This document shows, in pieces, positions 61,122 to 64,000 of a stretch of 64,000 nucleotides of DNA; position 1 is the stretch's first letter; each line of letters begins with the position of its first letter. The notes below the pieces were generated by a model. That model was not told where the DNA came from. It saw only the letters and a program-made list of their open reading frames with translations, and did no database searches. This stretch comes from Paracoccaceae bacterium. Its GTDB lineage: Bacteria > Pseudomonadota > Alphaproteobacteria > Rhodobacterales > Rhodobacteraceae. The stretch is from assembly GCA_024742705.1 (NCBI GenBank), contig JANSXZ010000016.1:8617-72616 (forward strand). Direction: 5' to 3'. The position numbers and the translations under genes are program-made.

Positions 61122-64000
61122 ATGTTGCGTAGTTTCGATTTGAATGGCCGCATTTACCAGACATTCTACGACGGCTCCTATGCGGGTTTCGCAGCCCGCG
61201 ACACCTTGGAGCCGGATCGCGTCATTCCCGTCGAAGTCGGCGCACAGTTGTTTGCGGCGAACAGATACTACGACCTGGTCCGCGACATCGATCCGGTGCC
61301 GATCGTCGATGCCGCCGATCAGACGTTGCTTGCGGCGGGGCGCGCCAATGCAACCGGCACCGCGCTGGGATTTTCCTCGGCGCTGATTTCGGTGCCCGTC
61401 AATACTGTCATCGGAACGGCACTCGGCCAGGTGCTGGTGCCGATTTCGGCCGAGGCCCCCTACAGCGGGTGGAACAAAGACTGGCTGAACAGCACCACGA
61501 AATCCTTCAGCTCGGACGCGTCGCCGCTGAAACAGGCCGAGATTTTCTACAAGATCGGCCTGGAATGGGCAAAGGTGGTGGCCGAGCACGGGCGCGCCGT
61601 GGCCGAACTGGGCTGGATCGAAGACAGCATCCGCAACGCCGGCGAAGCGGCCTTCACCGCCCGCGGCCTGATTTCCAGCCTCGAACGCGCGGGGGGCGAA
61701 GACCAGCCGATCAGTGTGGATACCGTTCTTCAGGCCTACCTCAACACGTCGATCGCCTACGGCACCGCAAACCGTGCGATGGAAGCGTTGCGCGCCATGT
61801 CCTTCGGCGACGCCGGGCTGACACTGGACGATCGCAACGGGCTGACGGTGGCCATCAAATCGCTGGGCGATGCCTTTCTGGGCTGGATTCCCGACGATGT
61901 CGAAAGCACCGCCAAGTTCGCCGGAAAATCGACAGCTTCGGTTCTGGGCGGCGCGCTGTCCGACGATCTGGCAAAGAATTCGCTGAAACTGGTCAAGACC
62001 ATCATCAGTACGGTCGACACCATCGGCGCGGTCTCGGTGGATGTGGTCGGCGGGCAACTGGCCGAAGACATGCTGGCCTTCTACGAAGAGGGCCTGAACC
62101 GTCTGGATGTGGATCTGTTTCAGGAGCGGCTGGTGGGCGCTGTCGACGCGCTGCAACCCACGGTCGGCTTCCAGAGCTTTGCCGACGCCGAAGGCAACAC
62201 CACCGAGGACGCCAAACCACTGCAACTGGCGCGTCAGTCTGACGGGTCGGTCAGTGCGACGGTCGTGGGCAGCCTGTCGCGGTTCGATCAATCGGACACG
62301 TTCGAAATCGACCTGCCGCAAGGCGGCACGCTGCGGTTCGTGAACACCGGAGTGACAACCCGCCTGCTGGACGCGAACGGCGACCGCATCGACATGACGT
62401 TCAGCTCTGGCAGATTCACCTCTCCCGCGTTGGAGGCGGGCACGTTTTTCCTGCAATTGCAAGGCAATGGCCGCACAACCGAGGTTTACGAATTTGAGGC
62501 GCTGTTGTTGCAATCGGATTTGCTGGCACCCGATGATCAGGCCCGAAATGCCATAGATCTGGGTACGCTGGGGGCCGGGACAACGCAGGTTCAGGACGAT
62601 CTGGGCGGACCGCTGGGGATCGACATTGTCGACCATTACACGTTCACGCTGGACGATCCGTCGGCCGTGACGGTCCGCGCCGTGGCCGATGGAAACCAGG
62701 CGGAATTCTCGATGCGGCTGGCGCATGAGCAGCTGTTCGACGCCTACGAGGATCGCGCCCTTTTCATCCCCTCCGACGCCGAACCAGAAACCGCCGCGAC
62801 AACGCAGAACCTTTCGGCGGGCACCTATATCGTGGCGGTGCAGGGCGATGGCCTGTCACACGACTATCGCCTCGAAATTGATGTGACACCCGGCTTCGCG
62901 GGCGAAAGCCAAAGCGTGGCGGCAGGCACCGAATACTTCGGCGACGGCGACGACGTCATCAATCAGTCGGGCGGTTTTGTCATCGCCGGGGGCGGCGCGG
63001 ACACCATCGAATTCTACCGTGGCATCCTGGACGCCGGACCGCAGGACGACATCATCACCGTCACCACCTATCTGGGCAACGGCGAAATCGATGGCGGCCC
63101 GGACTTCGACACGCTGCGCTTCAACGGCGCCCGCTATAACACAAGCTTCGTGGACGCGGACGGCGAAGCGATCGCCTTTTCCGGCGATTCGGTGTCGGAT
63201 TTTCTGGCCGAACGCGACGGCGCGGCGCGGTTGGGGCATTTCGTTTTCGTGTCGAACGAAGGGATGCGCGAGCTTCAGGTCGCGGGTATCGAACGCATCG
63301 AGGTTCTTGGCACGGCGGCGGATTCGTCCCTGCTGGTCTGGACGCCCGAACTGGCATTCGTCGAACCCGGCCGGACCACCAAACTGCGCGCTGACTGGTC
63401 CGGGATCACGCAAAACATCGTTGTCACGCAAAGTTCGATTCGCGGCGTGGACGGGTTCGCCATGAACGGCGCGCCCAGAACCCTGACCGCGCTGACCGGC
63501 AGCGGCGATGACGTTTTCGACCGCGCGGCCCAGTACGTCTTTCTCGACACCGGCGCGGGCGAGGATCTGGTGATCGGCGATGGTGAAATAGCCACGGGCG
63601 CGGGCGACGATACGGTTACGGGTACAGGCCAGATCGACCTGGGCGACGACAACGATTTCGTCCATGTCACCGGCGCAGCCACGGTGCAGGGCGGCGATGG
63701 CCACGACGTGTTGCTGTACGACATGCGCGGCGCACAGGGCGGATATTATTCGAGTTCGGTTCTCTACACCCAGATCCTTCTGGAGAACGGTGAATGGGTC
63801 CGGCCCTCGGGCGCGGACGCGGGCGAGATCCTCGACCAGATCGCCACGGCACAGGATTGGCGGATCGCGGCACGGAACGGATCCGGCAGCAGCGCCGATG
63901 TGATCATCGAAATCGACGGCATCGAAGAAATTCACCTGGGCGGCGGCGCCCATGGCGGTTTCCGGCCCAGTGCCGGGGATGTCTTTGTGGCGTTTGACGG
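61122..64000 (+). CDS. large secreted repeat protein, N-terminal 959 codons (continues beyond the right edge)
   Basis: Manual translation from the ATG at 61122 is open to the window end: MLRSFDLNGRIYQTFYDGSYAGFAARD.... It has GC3-rich codons and two pre-peptidase-C-terminal-like beta-sandwich segments (DTFEIDLPQGGTLRFV...GTFFLQLQG and DHYTFTLDDPSAVTVRAV...GTYIVAVQGDG...YRLEI), followed by GxGxD-type Ca-binding runs. It is absent from the ORF track because it has no stop. The minus-strand ORFs 61101..62726 and 62856..63953 are its antisense shadows. Confidence 0.8.
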   Translation, partial: MLRSFDLNGRIYQTFYDGSYAGFAARDTLEPDRVIPVEVGAQLFAANRYYDLVRDIDPVPIVDAADQTLLAAGRANATGTALGFSSALISVPVNTVIGTALGQVLVPISAEAPYSGWNKDWLNSTTKSFSSDASPLKQAEIFYKIGLEWAKVVAEHGRAVAELGWIEDSIRNAGEAAFTARGLISSLERAGGEDQPISVDTVLQAYLNTSIAYGTANRAMEALRAMSFGDAGLTLDDRNGLTVAIKSLGDAFLGWIPDDVESTAKFAGKSTASVLGGALSDDLAKNSLKLVKTIISTVDTIGAVSVDVVGGQLAEDMLAFYEEGLNRLDVDLFQERLVGAVDALQPTVGFQSFADAEGNTTEDAKPLQLARQSDGSVSATVVGSLSRFDQSDTFEIDLPQGGTLRFVNTGVTTRLLDANGDRIDMTFSSGRFTSPALEAGTFFLQLQGNGRTTEVYEFEALLLQSDLLAPDDQARNAIDLGTLGAGTTQVQDDLGGPLGIDIVDHYTFTLDDPSAVTVRAVADGNQAEFSMRLAHEQLFDAYEDRALFIPSDAEPETAATTQNLSAGTYIVAVQGDGLSHDYRLEIDVTPGFAGESQSVAAGTEYFGDGDDVINQSGGFVIAGGGADTIEFYRGILDAGPQDDIITVTTYLGNGEIDGGPDFDTLRFNGARYNTSFVDADGEAIAFSGDSVSDFLAERDGAARLGHFVFVSNEGMRELQVAGIERIEVLGTAADSSLLVWTPELAFVEPGRTTKLRADWSGITQNIVVTQSSIRGVDGFAMNGAPRTLTALTGSGDDVFDRAAQYVFLDTGAGEDLVIGDGEIATGAGDDTVTGTGQIDLGDDNDFVHVTGAATVQGGDGHDVLLYDMRGAQGGYYSSSVLYTQILLENGEWVRPSGADAGEILDQIATAQDWRIAARNGSGSSADVIIEIDGIEEIHLGGGAHGGFRPSAGDVFVAFD

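Overview
High-GC alphaproteobacterial (Rhodobacterales-like) chromosomal segment, densely coding, with no rRNA, tRNA, CRISPR or mobile elements that I can support. From left to right: truB (partial), rbfA and dapB; a catabolic cluster of unknown substrate (RidA, amidohydrolase, FAD oxidase, TauD-like dioxygenase, orphan ABC binding protein, DUF proteins, agmatinase-like hydrolase); an eight-gene minus-strand operon joining a Liv-type ABC importer to an acyl-CoA ligase, dehydrogenase and reductase; a LysR regulator, aminotransferase and SDR; a ureide/purine degradation cluster (NCS2 permease, allA, ureidoglycine aminohydrolase, fused puuE-uraD, uraH); deoC with an unusual aldehyde dehydrogenase carrying an extra half-domain; two M16 peptidases, lspA, purH, a heparinase-like gene and rsmB; and a six-gene Mnh/Pha cation/proton antiporter. 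The most interesting region is a selenium island at about 47.1-60.9 kb. It holds selA-selB, then a 530-aa thioredoxin-domain protein and a small gene with an in-frame UGA (motif U-G-S-C) followed by an fdhF-like SECIS hairpin, which the ORF track splits into two ORFs. The island also holds selU and an oxidoreductase::SelD fusion. Two very large Ca-binding repeat exoprotein genes interrupt and flank it, and one of them is absent from the ORF track because it runs off the window edge. I found no tRNA-Sec in the window.
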